Source: a virus (taxonomy: Duplodnaviria; Heunggongvirae; Uroviricota; Caudoviricetes). From it: a stretch of 64,000 nt of DNA. The translations under genes were made by a program, and so were the position numbers. The stretch lies in the IMG/VR virus record IMGVR_UViG_2537561875_000003; one strand, given 5' to 3'. The notes beneath the pieces were generated by a model. It saw only the letters and a program-made list of their open reading frames with translations. It was not told where the DNA came from and did no database searches. Positions 27,512-38,122 of this stretch are shown here, in pieces (position 1 is the stretch's first letter; every line of letters starts with the position of its first letter).

Positions 27512-29458
27512 TTAACCTTTAATCAGTGCATTGTAGAGTGACGTTGCGACCAGATTGCTGCCCGTAGCATTCGGGTGCAGGTTATCGAGAAAGCAGCCGA
27601 GGCTGTTCATTTCAGCCCAGGAGTCGAAAAGGTCATAGATGCTGAAAAACTCGACATTCAGCGTCTGTGACAGGTCGTACATGACGTCACGGAAATCAAC
27701 GATGGGCGTTATCGCTGTTCCGTTCGTGCGGGGTGGTGCCATCAGAATAAATCCCACGTCAGGGAGCACAGCACGACAGGCGGCCATGTACGTTTGCAGA
27801 GCAGTACGGAATGTGGCTGTCGATTCAGAAATCCTGTAATCGTTATTCCCGATGACAATCGCAATCACGTCAGGCTGCATTGTGCTCAGGTACTCCGCGA
27901 TTTTGTCGGAGAACAGCAGGAACTGATCGGCAAGAATCCCGGAATTCCCCGCCTTGCTCATCACACACCCCGCCACGCCACTGCGCCACAGATAAAACCC
28001 GTGGATAGCGACACGCCCCGTGTTGCCATCGGTTTTGATGTATATGGTTCTGACCTCGTCAGCCATGCCTGTCAGCAACACCGATTTTGTCGTGCCGGTA
28101 TTCCCGCAGACAACCTCTGTCCACTGAGTGATCCCGCCAGCGTCGTAGCCGTACTGGAAACGCCCGTTCAAATCCTGGTAGTAAATACGGCAGTCCGTGC
28201 AGCGGACATTCGTCACCCTGAAATAGTCGGTCGCCATGGTCGTATTGACTGACTGACCATCAATTCCGCAGCCGTACAGCGGCGCACCACTTGTCGGCGA
28301 TGAGTCATACAGATTCCACCCTGCAGAGCGGTTGATATTCGAGCCATCGCGTGCCGCTCCGTAGTTAACCGTGCGCCAGCCAAGACCGGCATCACCATAA
28401 TCATCATGCAGCAGCCCGGCGATAGCGGTCGCCAGTTCGTTATTCTGCGTCCAGCTGTCGCCCGTCAGCATGAAGTGTGGCCGGGTTGCAAGGCCAGCTT
28501 TGAGCTGCGCTTTCTTTGCTTTCCAGCGCCACAGGGTTCGCCCGTCGGTATGCAGAGGAATGTTATAAGCGGCGGTGTACATACGCCGCTGATACCATCT
28601 TGCGAAAATTCCCCTGATGTTTGGTCCGATACCCGTCGCATCAAGCTCGCCATCCTGGAACCAGAACGGGACATTTCCGGCGGCATCCATCATCCCTGGT
28701 ACAAAACCAGGGGAAACCAGAGGGACATTCTGGTTAAGCGCGCTGGCGATGATACCGTTGATATAAGCCCATATTTTTTCCAGCAGCCCCGTCGCAATTG
28801 CCGACGCATCCAGCCCACCATTCCAGTACACCGGTACATTGCCGGCGCTGTCCATGAATAACGGGAAAAACAGAGGGGAAACCCCCGTTACCTGCACATT
28901 CAACGCATCCCCCAGCCGCGCATGAACATCCTCATAGATCATCTGATACAACGATGTGGCAATCCGGGAAACCGCAAAACCGTTATCCCAGTACACAGGC
29001 ACGTTCCCGGCCCCATCGACAAAGAAAGGGAAGAAGTCACCACTGACAGCCCCGCTGGCAATAAACTCATCGATAAACTGGATAACTGCGTCGACAGAAC
29101 TCTGTGATGGCATCCTGCGCCCGGTTGCCGTCAGCGTCCCGGCGACATTTCGGTATTCGATCGCCAGAGCGGAATCATCCGGACTGCGTACGTAGGTGGT
29201 GGCACCTACTGGAATACTGGCAATATCAGCCTGAGCCTCTTCCACACTCTGGTATTGCTTGCCAAGTGGGATCAGGTTCTGGCGCGTTTCATCCACAAGT
29301 GCGGCGTTGTCTTCCTGCATTTTCCGCCAGGAGTCCAGCGGTTCACCGGCGCGATCGGGAACAGTAGCCGCAGGCCCGTTCGCCAGCTCATCGATTCGCT
29401 TTGCATTATCGAGCAGCACCTCCGGAGAAGTGCTCCCCAACGGCGGATTAAAGGCCAT
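27512..29458 (-). CDS. Tail fibre with a C-terminal SGNH/GDSL esterase domain
   Basis: Conserved fibre N-terminus (MAFNPPLGSTSPEVLLDNAKRIDELANG), three internal approx. 40-aa repeats (FFPFFVDGAGNVPVYW...), and SGNH blocks (LTGDSWTQN; GNNDY; DNLHPN). Confidence 0.7.
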   Translation of the reverse strand: MAFNPPLGSTSPEVLLDNAKRIDELANGPAATVPDRAGEPLDSWRKMQEDNAALVDETRQNLIPLGKQYQSVEEAQADIASIPVGATTYVRSPDDSALAIEYRNVAGTLTATGRRMPSQSSVDAVIQFIDEFIASGAVSGDFFPFFVDGAGNVPVYWDNGFAVSRIATSLYQMIYEDVHARLGDALNVQVTGVSPLFFPLFMDSAGNVPVYWNGGLDASAIATGLLEKIWAYINGIIASALNQNVPLVSPGFVPGMMDAAGNVPFWFQDGELDATGIGPNIRGIFARWYQRRMYTAAYNIPLHTDGRTLWRWKAKKAQLKAGLATRPHFMLTGDSWTQNNELATAIAGLLHDDYGDAGLGWRTVNYGAARDGSNINRSAGWNLYDSSPTSGAPLYGCGIDGQSVNTTMATDYFRVTNVRCTDCRIYYQDLNGRFQYGYDAGGITQWTEVVCGNTGTTKSVLLTGMADEVRTIYIKTDGNTGRVAIHGFYLWRSGVAGCVMSKAGNSGILADQFLLFSDKIAEYLSTMQPDVIAIVIGNNDYRISESTATFRTALQTYMAACRAVLPDVGFILMAPPRTNGTAITPIVDFRDVMYDLSQTLNVEFFSIYDLFDSWAEMNSLGCFLDNLHPNATGSNLVATSLYNALIKG

Positions 29459-29534
29459 AGTTTTTGCTCCAAAAAAGAGGTTTCGCCCAAACGAGGGTTT
29501 GAGCGAAAAGAGTTAATTAGGGGAATTTGTGGTT

Positions 29535-32500
29535 TTAGGCGACGTCGCCGGGGTATGTGGCGTCGTCGTACTGGTAGAAAATTTCTTTATATTCAGGTGC
29601 AGTAATCTGACAGTTGCTGTCACCCGATGGGGCAACCTCCTGGACTATCCCATGCCGCGCACCCTTTTCACTGTCGCAGAACAATAACTTCGGCAGATCA
29701 ATATCTGGGTCGTCCATAATCCAGTCGCCGGGATACAGGTCGTCGTTGTACGGCACCGTCAGCGTGAAATCATCTACCCGTTGCGGCGTTAGCATTCGCG
29801 ATGATGGTCGACCGTCCTGAAACTGTATCCAGCAGCGAGGATTCGCGTAGCTCCAGTCCAGTGGCTCCGTGACGTGCAGCGTGATTTCCTGGAAGTCGTA
29901 AATCATCGCGTCAATCAGGCAACTTTGGGTTTTCCCGGTTGGAATATCGTCGGACAAAATGATGTGATCACCGAAGTCATGACACCATCCCAGCATCGAC
30001 GTCGTAGCCGTATAGGTTCGGCGTTGGTGGAGATATTTCATTAACCGACGCATCCCGATACGCCAGGCGCGATCTGCAGTCATGGCAACATCAATGGTGT
30101 ATGCCTCCGTTTTGCGCGGAAAAGGATTTTCCGGCGTCCGGCACTGTACGGTTTCCTCCGCCCAGGTCACAGGGTTGATATATTTCACATCCACGCCATC
30201 AAAATCATCCTCCGACGGGACCCTGAATGACGTCTGCATTTCCTCGACGGTATCCTGAGGAGTAATGATCCCTGTCCAGCTTTTGACGCCCTCTCTCCCG
30301 ACAGAAAGCAACCCGTCAGACAGCAGAAAATACCCCATGCCAGCCTCGGCTATTTTGTCGAAAATATCCTTTGCTGACGTGCTGTCACTGCTTGCCTGGT
30401 GATCAAAATATTCGCCCCTTGGCGTCCAGTAGGTAGCCTCCAGCGTACTGAGCGCCGCAATGTCGATCTGGTCGTCGCGATATCCCAGACTGCGGGCAAG
30501 ATGCAGGAACGCACCGCTGATTGTCCTGTCACCACCGCCATCATAATTTCGTGTGGCGACAACACTCACACGCTTGTCTGACTGGGCCGCCAGCTGGCCG
30601 CCGGTTTCAACCGTGATCCCTATTGTTGATATCCCTGCGTAGGAGGTCGGACGGGAAAGCAAACGACCTCTGAGCGCCTGCCAGAACATGCTGTCTCTCG
30701 CGTTGTTGCTCCCCTGCTCGTTACGGCGGCGGCATCGAACCTCCACCAGCCCGGGAGAGGACAGATCAAAACGCTCTGTAAACCCGAGACCATTAATGTT
30801 TTTAAGCGCGTAAACCCCTGGCTTACTCGTCCACCCTGATCCGGAACCATAAACGCGATACTGGATTTCATACTCGACATGGCGGACCCGCTTATTCCCG
30901 TTGTTCTGGAACCCGCAAATTCCGTTTGGGAAAGCAAAGTTGACCTCGAAGGCGTCCACAACTTCATTTTGCGGGCAGGCCAGAAAGGGGCCGAGCCAGG
31001 TTTCATTATCGTTAATACCAGACGCGGCAAAATCCACGACGGTACGGGTCATAAAGCCTGACCAGGTGCTGTCAACGACACCGTTAACCACACGCTGTAC
31101 GGTCGCAGAGGGACCATCAGTAGACGCTATCTGGTATTCGTTGCCACGGTGCGCCAGGGAAATCCGCTGAGTGCCTTCCGGCAATCCGGAAAAGGCAGTG
31201 CCAGAATCGTATGCCAGCGTCACGCTGGCTGTTACCGCAGGGATTCCGCCGCTGGAGGCTGTACCAGCTGTAAATACCGGGCTGTCGCCAAATACTGACG
31301 CAGGCAGGAATGATGACGTAATGGAGCCGCCACGCCAGGGGCTGGAGATCTCGACGATACGTATCACGCCGCCATCATCCTGAGCAATGAGCCCAGAACC
31401 ATTCAACCCGCCGTTAATCGCTGCGAGCAAGCCAGACATTGTGCCGTAGTTGGCGACCAGAGATATGGTATAGGTGATACCCTGCCAGGTCAGAGCAAAG
31501 GTCTGGCTGGTTGTCGTAAAGTCATACGTTGACGGCGAGGCACTGGCGCGTAATACCGCAGTCGCTCCCCCTGTTCCCGGAACGGCGTCCTGGTGAGGGG
31601 TATACGTGGCGATCTGCAGGTCATAGTCAGTACCGTTAAACGTTAGGGTGACAGGCATTCCGCTGAATGGCGCAATCTCTGACACGACGTCGCCTGTCAG
31701 CACGTTAAAACCGCCCTCGATGGATACCTGATAATTCACTGGCGCTTTCAGGGTGACAATTGCACCGGCGATCCAGCCAGGAGGAAGTTTGTTCTCATCC
31801 TCGTCTTCATCATTATCATCATCGACATCGAGGCCAGAAAACGAGACAGAGGCACCGCTGACGCTCATGGCATCAGCAACGATATCACTGGCTTCAGGGG
31901 CAGTCTGAGCCATATCGAGGCCGCTGCCGCTCGAAGTTCCACCAACTTCCGTTGAGTTGAACCATATCTCACTGCGACGATCCCCGGCCACATTATCGCC
32001 GGGCCCATAGCTGGTATATGAAAAGCCCTCGCCTAAGGTCAACGCCGGAGTTTCCCCTACCCGAAAATCTCCACCGGTATAGGAGAAACGTCCATATCCA
32101 AGGCAGACAAACATTTCTACCGTCATTCTGGTGGGATCAGCGGGGTCGAATCGCGTTACCGGCTGCACCAGGTAATCCGGGTAAATCCGGTTTCGCCCAA
32201 ACGCCTCCCTAACGGGATCACCGAGTTTTGCGGTGTTTGCCCGCGCCGGGTTCAGATCCAGCGATGAAGCGTTACTGGATGAAAAACCGCCCAGCTCTGG
32301 TTTTGGGGCAAAGAATAATGCATAGGCCGTAGACGCAATGGATACGGCCACCGAAACCCACGCGGCAATTTCAAGACCCGTGCCATACGGAATGGGATAT
32401 ATCCGCACGTCACTGTCTGGCCGCAACAAACATAACGGCCATTCCGCCGGGGGGACTGCCTGGCCGTTCAGCTCGATCACGACAGGATGAGTTTTATCCT

Positions 32501-32612
32501 GTGAATAGCTCGGGACATTTCTGCTCATCCACTCATGCAGCGTCAGCACACCATGCTCGTGCGTTTCAAGGGGTTCACCCGGTAGCCGGGACGGGTAAAA
32601 CTTTATCGTCAT
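29535..32612 (-). CDS. Host-specificity protein J-like with an N-terminal gpI-like region (I-J fusion)
   Basis: 1025 aa after the K-like gene. The N-terminal approx. 100 aa resemble lambda tail-assembly protein I (hydrophobic anchor AAWVSVAVSIASTAYALF). Confidence 0.75.
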   Translation of the reverse strand: MTIKFYPSRLPGEPLETHEHGVLTLHEWMSRNVPSYSQDKTHPVVIELNGQAVPPAEWPLCLLRPDSDVRIYPIPYGTGLEIAAWVSVAVSIASTAYALFFAPKPELGGFSSSNASSLDLNPARANTAKLGDPVREAFGRNRIYPDYLVQPVTRFDPADPTRMTVEMFVCLGYGRFSYTGGDFRVGETPALTLGEGFSYTSYGPGDNVAGDRRSEIWFNSTEVGGTSSGSGLDMAQTAPEASDIVADAMSVSGASVSFSGLDVDDDNDEDEDENKLPPGWIAGAIVTLKAPVNYQVSIEGGFNVLTGDVVSEIAPFSGMPVTLTFNGTDYDLQIATYTPHQDAVPGTGGATAVLRASASPSTYDFTTTSQTFALTWQGITYTISLVANYGTMSGLLAAINGGLNGSGLIAQDDGGVIRIVEISSPWRGGSITSSFLPASVFGDSPVFTAGTASSGGIPAVTASVTLAYDSGTAFSGLPEGTQRISLAHRGNEYQIASTDGPSATVQRVVNGVVDSTWSGFMTRTVVDFAASGINDNETWLGPFLACPQNEVVDAFEVNFAFPNGICGFQNNGNKRVRHVEYEIQYRVYGSGSGWTSKPGVYALKNINGLGFTERFDLSSPGLVEVRCRRRNEQGSNNARDSMFWQALRGRLLSRPTSYAGISTIGITVETGGQLAAQSDKRVSVVATRNYDGGGDRTISGAFLHLARSLGYRDDQIDIAALSTLEATYWTPRGEYFDHQASSDSTSAKDIFDKIAEAGMGYFLLSDGLLSVGREGVKSWTGIITPQDTVEEMQTSFRVPSEDDFDGVDVKYINPVTWAEETVQCRTPENPFPRKTEAYTIDVAMTADRAWRIGMRRLMKYLHQRRTYTATTSMLGWCHDFGDHIILSDDIPTGKTQSCLIDAMIYDFQEITLHVTEPLDWSYANPRCWIQFQDGRPSSRMLTPQRVDDFTLTVPYNDDLYPGDWIMDDPDIDLPKLLFCDSEKGARHGIVQEVAPSGDSNCQITAPEYKEIFYQYDDATYPGDVA

Positions 32613-32989
32613 TGCCAGAACTCCACGCGGTTAAAGCGACGGATGAATCGCGCCAGTGGCAGAAACGTAACCCCCGAGCCTGGATTACATTCCGCGACCT
32701 GCAGCTGGTTATCGAGCATCACAACAATCCCAACATGGGAAACCGTTGAACCCGAATAGCAAGCAACTCCGGCGCCTTCACACGGGGCACAACGTTTCAG
32801 CGAAAGCATCAGCTTTCTCGCTTCCCGGTCGAGGCCCCCGCCGTCTTTGGTCACACCTGCAAAATCCGGCCATTCAGGTAGCCCAAGGTCGCGACGTATC
32901 TCATTTACAATGCCGAAGCAGTCGAGTAGCGGGTAGGCTCTACCGCCCTTCTGCCATTTAACAGAACGGTATTTATCAGGATTAAACAT
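32609..32989 (-). CDS. Tail assembly protein K-like (NlpC/P60 / C40 peptidase fold)
   Basis: Conserved Cys/His region (DCFGIV...HVGIV). Confidence 0.7.
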   Translation of the reverse strand: MFNPDKYRSVKWQKGGRAYPLLDCFGIVNEIRRDLGLPEWPDFAGVTKDGGGLDREARKLMLSLKRCAPCEGAGVACYSGSTVSHVGIVVMLDNQLQVAECNPGSGVTFLPLARFIRRFNRVEFWQ

Positions 32990-33001
32990 ATTTGCCTCAG
33001 G

Positions 33002-33478
33002 TTAGTAACGTAAGCCCGGATGTTCGGCGAGGTTGTAACGTTTACGGGGCCAGGCTGTTTTGAGGACATTCATATAGCCTGCCGTGACCTGAACTGCTGT
33101 CGGGGTCCAGGAGCCGGATTTGATATCGAGCGTATACGGTGATGATGCCGGAGCAGACAGATCGGATGAAATGTACCGCCGGAATGTCAGCGTGGCTGAT
33201 TTCATTTCATCCAGAATTTTATCGATCGCCTCAGAAACCCGTCCGTCAATATTGCTGATAGCAAACTTTAAATCCTGTGTCCCGTCGGCGTTCCTGGCTG
33301 GTAAGGCGATATCTATCGCGCTGGCCTCAAACGTCACCGGCTGACCATTTTCCAGCGTCACTGGAACGTCATCCCAGCCACTGGTTAGCCAGTAGTTATC
33401 ATCGCCTGCTGATATCTGCAGCGTATCGTGAATAACCTCCGATCCACTGCTGGCATATAGTCGCTCAAGAATTGTCAT
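33002..33478 (-). CDS. Minor tail protein (L-like position)
   Basis: 158 aa in the lambda M-L-K-I-J order. Confidence 0.45.
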   Translation of the reverse strand: MTILERLYASSGSEVIHDTLQISAGDDNYWLTSGWDDVPVTLENGQPVTFEASAIDIALPARNADGTQDLKFAISNIDGRVSEAIDKILDEMKSATLTFRRYISSDLSAPASSPYTLDIKSGSWTPTAVQVTAGYMNVLKTAWPRKRYNLAEHPGLRY

Positions 33479-33938
33479 GCTTCGGCCACTCTCTGTTTAG
33501 CGCGATATCCAGTAACGACTGGCCCGCCAGCCATTCCGGGTAATTTCCCCAGCCTGAAGGCGGTAACGGGCGTTCCCATAATTCCAGCGTTGCGCTGTAC
33601 TGCCAGTATTTTGGCGCGACCAGCGTCGGCCCTTCGTAAATATCCACGAACCTGGCTTTATAGGGCTTTACCCCGATGGGAGTCTGAAGTTTCAGATAGA
33701 ACCAGGACTGGCCATCTTTAAGCGCATCCCTGAAAAACGCCTCAAACACCTGCGCCAGAGCATCAGTTTTAAAAATCCATTTAACCGATGCCTGGGTGGG
33801 TGTTGAGGTATATCGCCTTCGTTGTTGAGCGCGACCGGACGTCATCTCCGTTCGCAGTAAAGGTGATATGGGCTTAAACCCGTACCCGTCCATAAGCGGC
33901 ATGGGCAGGTATTCATCCGGGTAGAAAATATCTGCCAT
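33465..33938 (-). CDS. Minor tail protein (M-like position)
   Basis: Immediately after the tape-measure gene. Confidence 0.45.
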   Translation of the reverse strand: MADIFYPDEYLPMPLMDGYGFKPISPLLRTEMTSGRAQQRRRYTSTPTQASVKWIFKTDALAQVFEAFFRDALKDGQSWFYLKLQTPIGVKPYKARFVDIYEGPTLVAPKYWQYSATLELWERPLPPSGWGNYPEWLAGQSLLDIALNREWPKHDNS

Positions 33939-33959
33939 GAATATTCCCTCCGGGCAGGT

Positions 33960-36900
33960 CTATCTTGGTTTTTTGGATTGGAGATTTGAATAAATAGCCC
34001 GACCGAATTTCTTCTGTGGGTTATCTATCTCGGCGGTTAGAGAGTTAATAATCCGCTGTTCAAGAGCATTATTTCTTCGCTCAACGGCCTGCATCGTTAT
34101 GTCATCCGGTTTGCCGGTGAACGTGCTTCGTGCGTCCACGCTAACAGCTATCCGTGGCTGCGCCTGAATCTGACTTGCTGCGTTCTGTACCGCAGGGGAC
34201 TCACGACCTACAGCACGAACCCCCAGCGAACCATCAGCACCACGGGTAAGCGGCATGATGGCTTCCGGCCCGGCCTCGCCGAATACACCCGCACCTTTCG
34301 CAAACGCAAAATATTGGGGAGTGCTGTAAACACCATTGCTGTAGGCAGAAAGTGACGGAGAATCGTAAACGCCTCCGAGAGCGTTAAATGAAAAATTAGC
34401 TCCCGCGCTTTGAATAGCGGTACCACTACTTGCCGCACCGCTGGCACCGCCAAAAAGACTACCGAACAACCCACCCGCTCCGCCGCCAAATGACGCCATA
34501 ATCGCTTTAGTGATCAACGCCTGTGTTGCCATCTGGATCAGCGTCTTAATCACCGTTTCGCCCAGGGAAGAAAAAATATTCGACATCCCATCTTTAAACG
34601 AAGCAGCGCCTGTCAGGACGTTTGTCAGGTTGTTGGAGATAGAGTTAGTGGTGGCATCCAGAATCTCGCTGGTTGCAGTGGCAGCCATTGAGCTCAGATC
34701 AGAAGCCTGATTGGCATAATTCATCAGGGAATCGCTGATCCCCGTGCGCCAGTCTGACTGCTGTTCATCGGTCTTTTTGTAGTAGTCCTCCTGAATCGCT
34801 AACCGTTCAGCAAGCGCCGCCTGCAGCGCTTCCGTTTGCTGTTTGTACTGGTCTTCAGAAATTTGCTTCTTGTTAAAGTCACGCTGAAGCTCATCCTGCT
34901 GCTTACGGAAGTCAGTGCGAATATCCGCCATTTCCTTCATGCGGTCGCGGGCTTTATCTCCCATCCCGGCGCCAAGAAAATCTATATTCCCCCGGTCACG
35001 CGCAGCGGCATTACTGTCAGCCAGCCCATCACGGAACGTTTGCAACTGTTCAGCAATGTTTTTCTGATCGATTAGTGCAGCATTTTGCAGGATTATTTCT
35101 TTTTTGGCTTGCTCAAGAGAGGCTAGCTCCCCCTGCGTCACCTGATATTTCATTTTAGCCAGTTCGGTATTCTGGCTTCCCAGGGCAATTTGTTCCTGCT
35201 GCTGTTTAATAAGGCGCTTGTAAACGTCTTCTGTCTTTTCAGCCGCTTTAACCTCTTCGCTTTTTGGCGCTTTCCGGGTGGGTTTATTGGATTCATCATT
35301 TCGCCATTTCGCCAACCCCTGATTAATATACAGATCGCGGTTAGTTTTAAACTGAGGTTCATCCTTGAGCCCTAATTCGTCAGCGGCATAACCTAACCGG
35401 GCTCTCTCCCTTGCTTCTCCTTTAAGCTTTGATAGTTCAAGGTCCTGACGGCTTTTTTCCAGAGCATTGGCTTGCTGTGATGTTAAATCAGCCTGAGGCA
35501 TTCGCATTGGCACGTTAACCAGCCCTTGCCTTTCCATTAAAAGCTGATTCCCCAATCCAAGTAAACGGTTAACTTCGGAATACTTACCAGTCATCATTAC
35601 AAGGTTCTGGTATTCAGAATTTTGCCGCCATGCTCTTTCTTTTATAAGATCGTTTCTTCTTCTTTCTTGTTCCTCCTGTGCCTTTAGTATATCACTTGCC
35701 TTTTCTCGCATCTGCCGTAGTTTGTCTTCTTCTACGACAACCTGTTCGGTAAGAATTGCGATAGCCTTTGTAATATTCAATTCATTTTCTTGAGTAATAC
35801 CTGGCTTGCTTCTACTTTCATTTAAATCCTTTATTTGTCCGTTAAGACTTTTAACGCTCCTTTCTTGTTCTTCGATTAGGCGCTTTTGTTCCTGCATCGC
35901 CTCAACCGATAATCTGCGATTACTATCGACCTCAGGCAGGGTCATTGAGGAGGTTTTTTCTCTGATTTGATCTATTTGGCTGGCATACTCCTGAGCTGAT
36001 TTTCTTGCTTGTTCCTGGCTTTGATACATAGCGTACCATGCGCCAGCACCCAGCATAACTAACCCGGGTATACCGCCGACCAGCCCAAGAGCCCCGCTCA
36101 TTAACCGGGTGCCGACAGAGGTAACGCTGTTAAGGTTATTTTGAGCAGAAATCCTGCCTGAAATATTACGGTTAAGCGCCGCTTGTGCTGCGGCAAGTTT
36201 TCTTTCTGCAATAGCCTGTGCATCGGCATTTTTTGCAGCTACAAGCCCCGCCTGAGCCCGCTCCAGAGCTGTTCGTGCTCGTACTTTTTCTGTAGCTGTT
36301 CCGGTGGAGAGAGCTGTGGTCAATCGACCTTGCGCAGCAGTAACCTTAGCTTCTGCGGCCGCAACCCTCTCCTGTTGTGCAGCCTGAACATCTGCACTTT
36401 TAGCACTCTGAAGGGCTTGCTGGGCGCGGTAAACGGCGGCGCGGGAAGCGGCAACAGAAGATTGCGCGGCTTTTTCCTGAGCGACTGCAAGAGCTACCTC
36501 AGATTTTGCCGCTGAGATAAGTGCGCCAGTAGCACTGCTTGCGCTGGTAACAATCCCGCCAAGATACCGTGCTAATCCAATCCCAACCAGACCACCTGCA
36601 GCGGTGGTAACCAGTGACATATTATCTGCTACGTCACTGAGGGCCCCGCTGACAGCAGAAGATGTAAGTGAATCCAGCGTACCTGCCAGCCCATCAAGAC
36701 CGCCAGAAAGTGCGTCTGTTGCACCAGTCGCCTGGTTTACCCCACCGACCCATGCCATAAACGAGTTAGTGACTTTTTGCATTGAGCCGGACACTGTCGG
36801 CGGTAACGAGGAAAACTCCCCCTGTAACACACCTAACTGGCTGATTAATGCTGGTACGACTTTATCAATCGTGAGTTGCCCCTGGTCAGCCATCGCTTTA

Positions 36901-37538
36901 AGATCTTTTCGGGCAACCCCCATACCAGCAGCCAGGGCACGGATGACACGATCCCCAGCTTCGTTAACCGCGTTAAACTCTTCGCCACGCAAAACACCCT
37001 GAGCAAGCGCCTGGCTAAACTGGGTAATAACAGAACCGGCTTCTTCTGTACTTGCACCAGATAGCTTTAGTCCTGTTGATACCGCTTCGGTGATTTTGAG
37101 TACTTCATCTGAGCTGTAACCAAATTCACGCATTGATGCTGCGGCGCGTGAAAATAAATTAGCGTTATCAGTAAAAGCAGTGCCCGTACTCTGGCTGATC
37201 GCCATTAATCGGGTCTGAGATAAAGTAAAATCATTCGTAGACACTGAGGCTTGTTTAAGCCGTGCATTTACTGAGTTCCATTGATCTGCAATCTGAACCA
37301 GTTTTCCTGTTGCAAATGCTGCAGCTGCAGCTGTGGCAGCCCGACCCGCTGAAGCAAATCCATCCGTTAAATCGGAAAGAGCTTTTTGGCTTTCTTTCGC
37401 AGCGGCAGCAGCCTGGCGCCCACCATTCTGCATGGTTTTATAATAGTCTTGCCCCATGCGTGAAGCTCGGGCGATCTCAGTCTGGAATGATTGAGAGTTT
37501 GCTGAAACCTTTATGATAAGCTCACGTAGGGTTGCCAT
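33960..37538 (-). CDS. Tail tape measure protein
   Basis: About 1190 aa, Ala/Gln-rich helical, with a Gly-rich C-terminal region. Start at ATG 37538 with GAGGA RBS. Confidence 0.85.
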   Translation of the reverse strand: MATLRELIIKVSANSQSFQTEIARASRMGQDYYKTMQNGGRQAAAAAKESQKALSDLTDGFASAGRAATAAAAAFATGKLVQIADQWNSVNARLKQASVSTNDFTLSQTRLMAISQSTGTAFTDNANLFSRAAASMREFGYSSDEVLKITEAVSTGLKLSGASTEEAGSVITQFSQALAQGVLRGEEFNAVNEAGDRVIRALAAGMGVARKDLKAMADQGQLTIDKVVPALISQLGVLQGEFSSLPPTVSGSMQKVTNSFMAWVGGVNQATGATDALSGGLDGLAGTLDSLTSSAVSGALSDVADNMSLVTTAAGGLVGIGLARYLGGIVTSASSATGALISAAKSEVALAVAQEKAAQSSVAASRAAVYRAQQALQSAKSADVQAAQQERVAAAEAKVTAAQGRLTTALSTGTATEKVRARTALERAQAGLVAAKNADAQAIAERKLAAAQAALNRNISGRISAQNNLNSVTSVGTRLMSGALGLVGGIPGLVMLGAGAWYAMYQSQEQARKSAQEYASQIDQIREKTSSMTLPEVDSNRRLSVEAMQEQKRLIEEQERSVKSLNGQIKDLNESRSKPGITQENELNITKAIAILTEQVVVEEDKLRQMREKASDILKAQEEQERRRNDLIKERAWRQNSEYQNLVMMTGKYSEVNRLLGLGNQLLMERQGLVNVPMRMPQADLTSQQANALEKSRQDLELSKLKGEARERARLGYAADELGLKDEPQFKTNRDLYINQGLAKWRNDESNKPTRKAPKSEEVKAAEKTEDVYKRLIKQQQEQIALGSQNTELAKMKYQVTQGELASLEQAKKEIILQNAALIDQKNIAEQLQTFRDGLADSNAAARDRGNIDFLGAGMGDKARDRMKEMADIRTDFRKQQDELQRDFNKKQISEDQYKQQTEALQAALAERLAIQEDYYKKTDEQQSDWRTGISDSLMNYANQASDLSSMAATATSEILDATTNSISNNLTNVLTGAASFKDGMSNIFSSLGETVIKTLIQMATQALITKAIMASFGGGAGGLFGSLFGGASGAASSGTAIQSAGANFSFNALGGVYDSPSLSAYSNGVYSTPQYFAFAKGAGVFGEAGPEAIMPLTRGADGSLGVRAVGRESPAVQNAASQIQAQPRIAVSVDARSTFTGKPDDITMQAVERRNNALEQRIINSLTAEIDNPQKKFGRAIYSNLQSKKPR

Positions 37539-37552
37539 TTGTATCCTCACAG

Positions 37553-37577
37553 GTATAAAAAAAACCGCCTAAGCGGT
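37553..37577 (-). terminator. Intrinsic terminator on the minus strand (aaccgcttaggcggtt plus U8) between the moron and the tape-measure gene. The hairpin is symmetric, so bidirectional.
   Basis: Hairpin flanked by an A-run on one side and a T-run on the other. Confidence 0.5.
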
Positions 37578-37600
37578 TTTCTTTAATTAGCAAGAATGTA

Positions 37601-38122
37601 TCAACTACAAATCTCGCCCCATAGTTTAGAAAATTCAGTTCCACCATCATCAATAATGGTTATTCCACTTTTACTTACATACCTTTTAAACCCAGCATAT
37701 GCACCAAAGCTGTTTTTAGCATTTACTTGTCCGCATACATATCCGTCACGACCAATGATCTGGTTTTTGAAGGTTGCAGATTCGGGGTCTTTTAATTCAG
37801 CCTTAACACTAGGGTTGCTTGCTGATATAACATTCATGTTGTTGTATCTTTTCTGCCTATCGTTCTCGCTAATTCTCATTAGCTCCTCATGGTTCTCATA
37901 CCTCTCCCCCCACAAAGGGACCATTGAGTTAACAAAAAACAAGACAAAAACAGAACCGAGAATTATCAAAAGAGAAGCAATTTCCCCGCCAATCTTATCT
38001 ATATATTTTAAAGGAATAACCAAAACAGCAAAAAGAAACACAATTGATATTGGTTGCCTTAACGCAATAATAAATGCTATAGCAAAAACTACTAAAGATA
38101 AAACGCCCAATATTTTTTTCAT
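37601..38122 (-). CDS. Moron: membrane protein (3 predicted TM helices plus an approx. 100-aa C-terminal soluble domain)
   Basis: The gene region (37560-38190) is clearly lower in GC than both flanks. It is inserted between the GT chaperone genes and the tape-measure gene and has its own downstream terminator. Confidence 0.6.
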   Translation of the reverse strand: MKKILGVLSLVVFAIAFIIALRQPISIVFLFAVLVIPLKYIDKIGGEIASLLIILGSVFVLFFVNSMVPLWGERYENHEELMRISENDRQKRYNNMNVISASNPSVKAELKDPESATFKNQIIGRDGYVCGQVNAKNSFGAYAGFKRYVSKSGITIIDDGGTEFSKLWGEICS

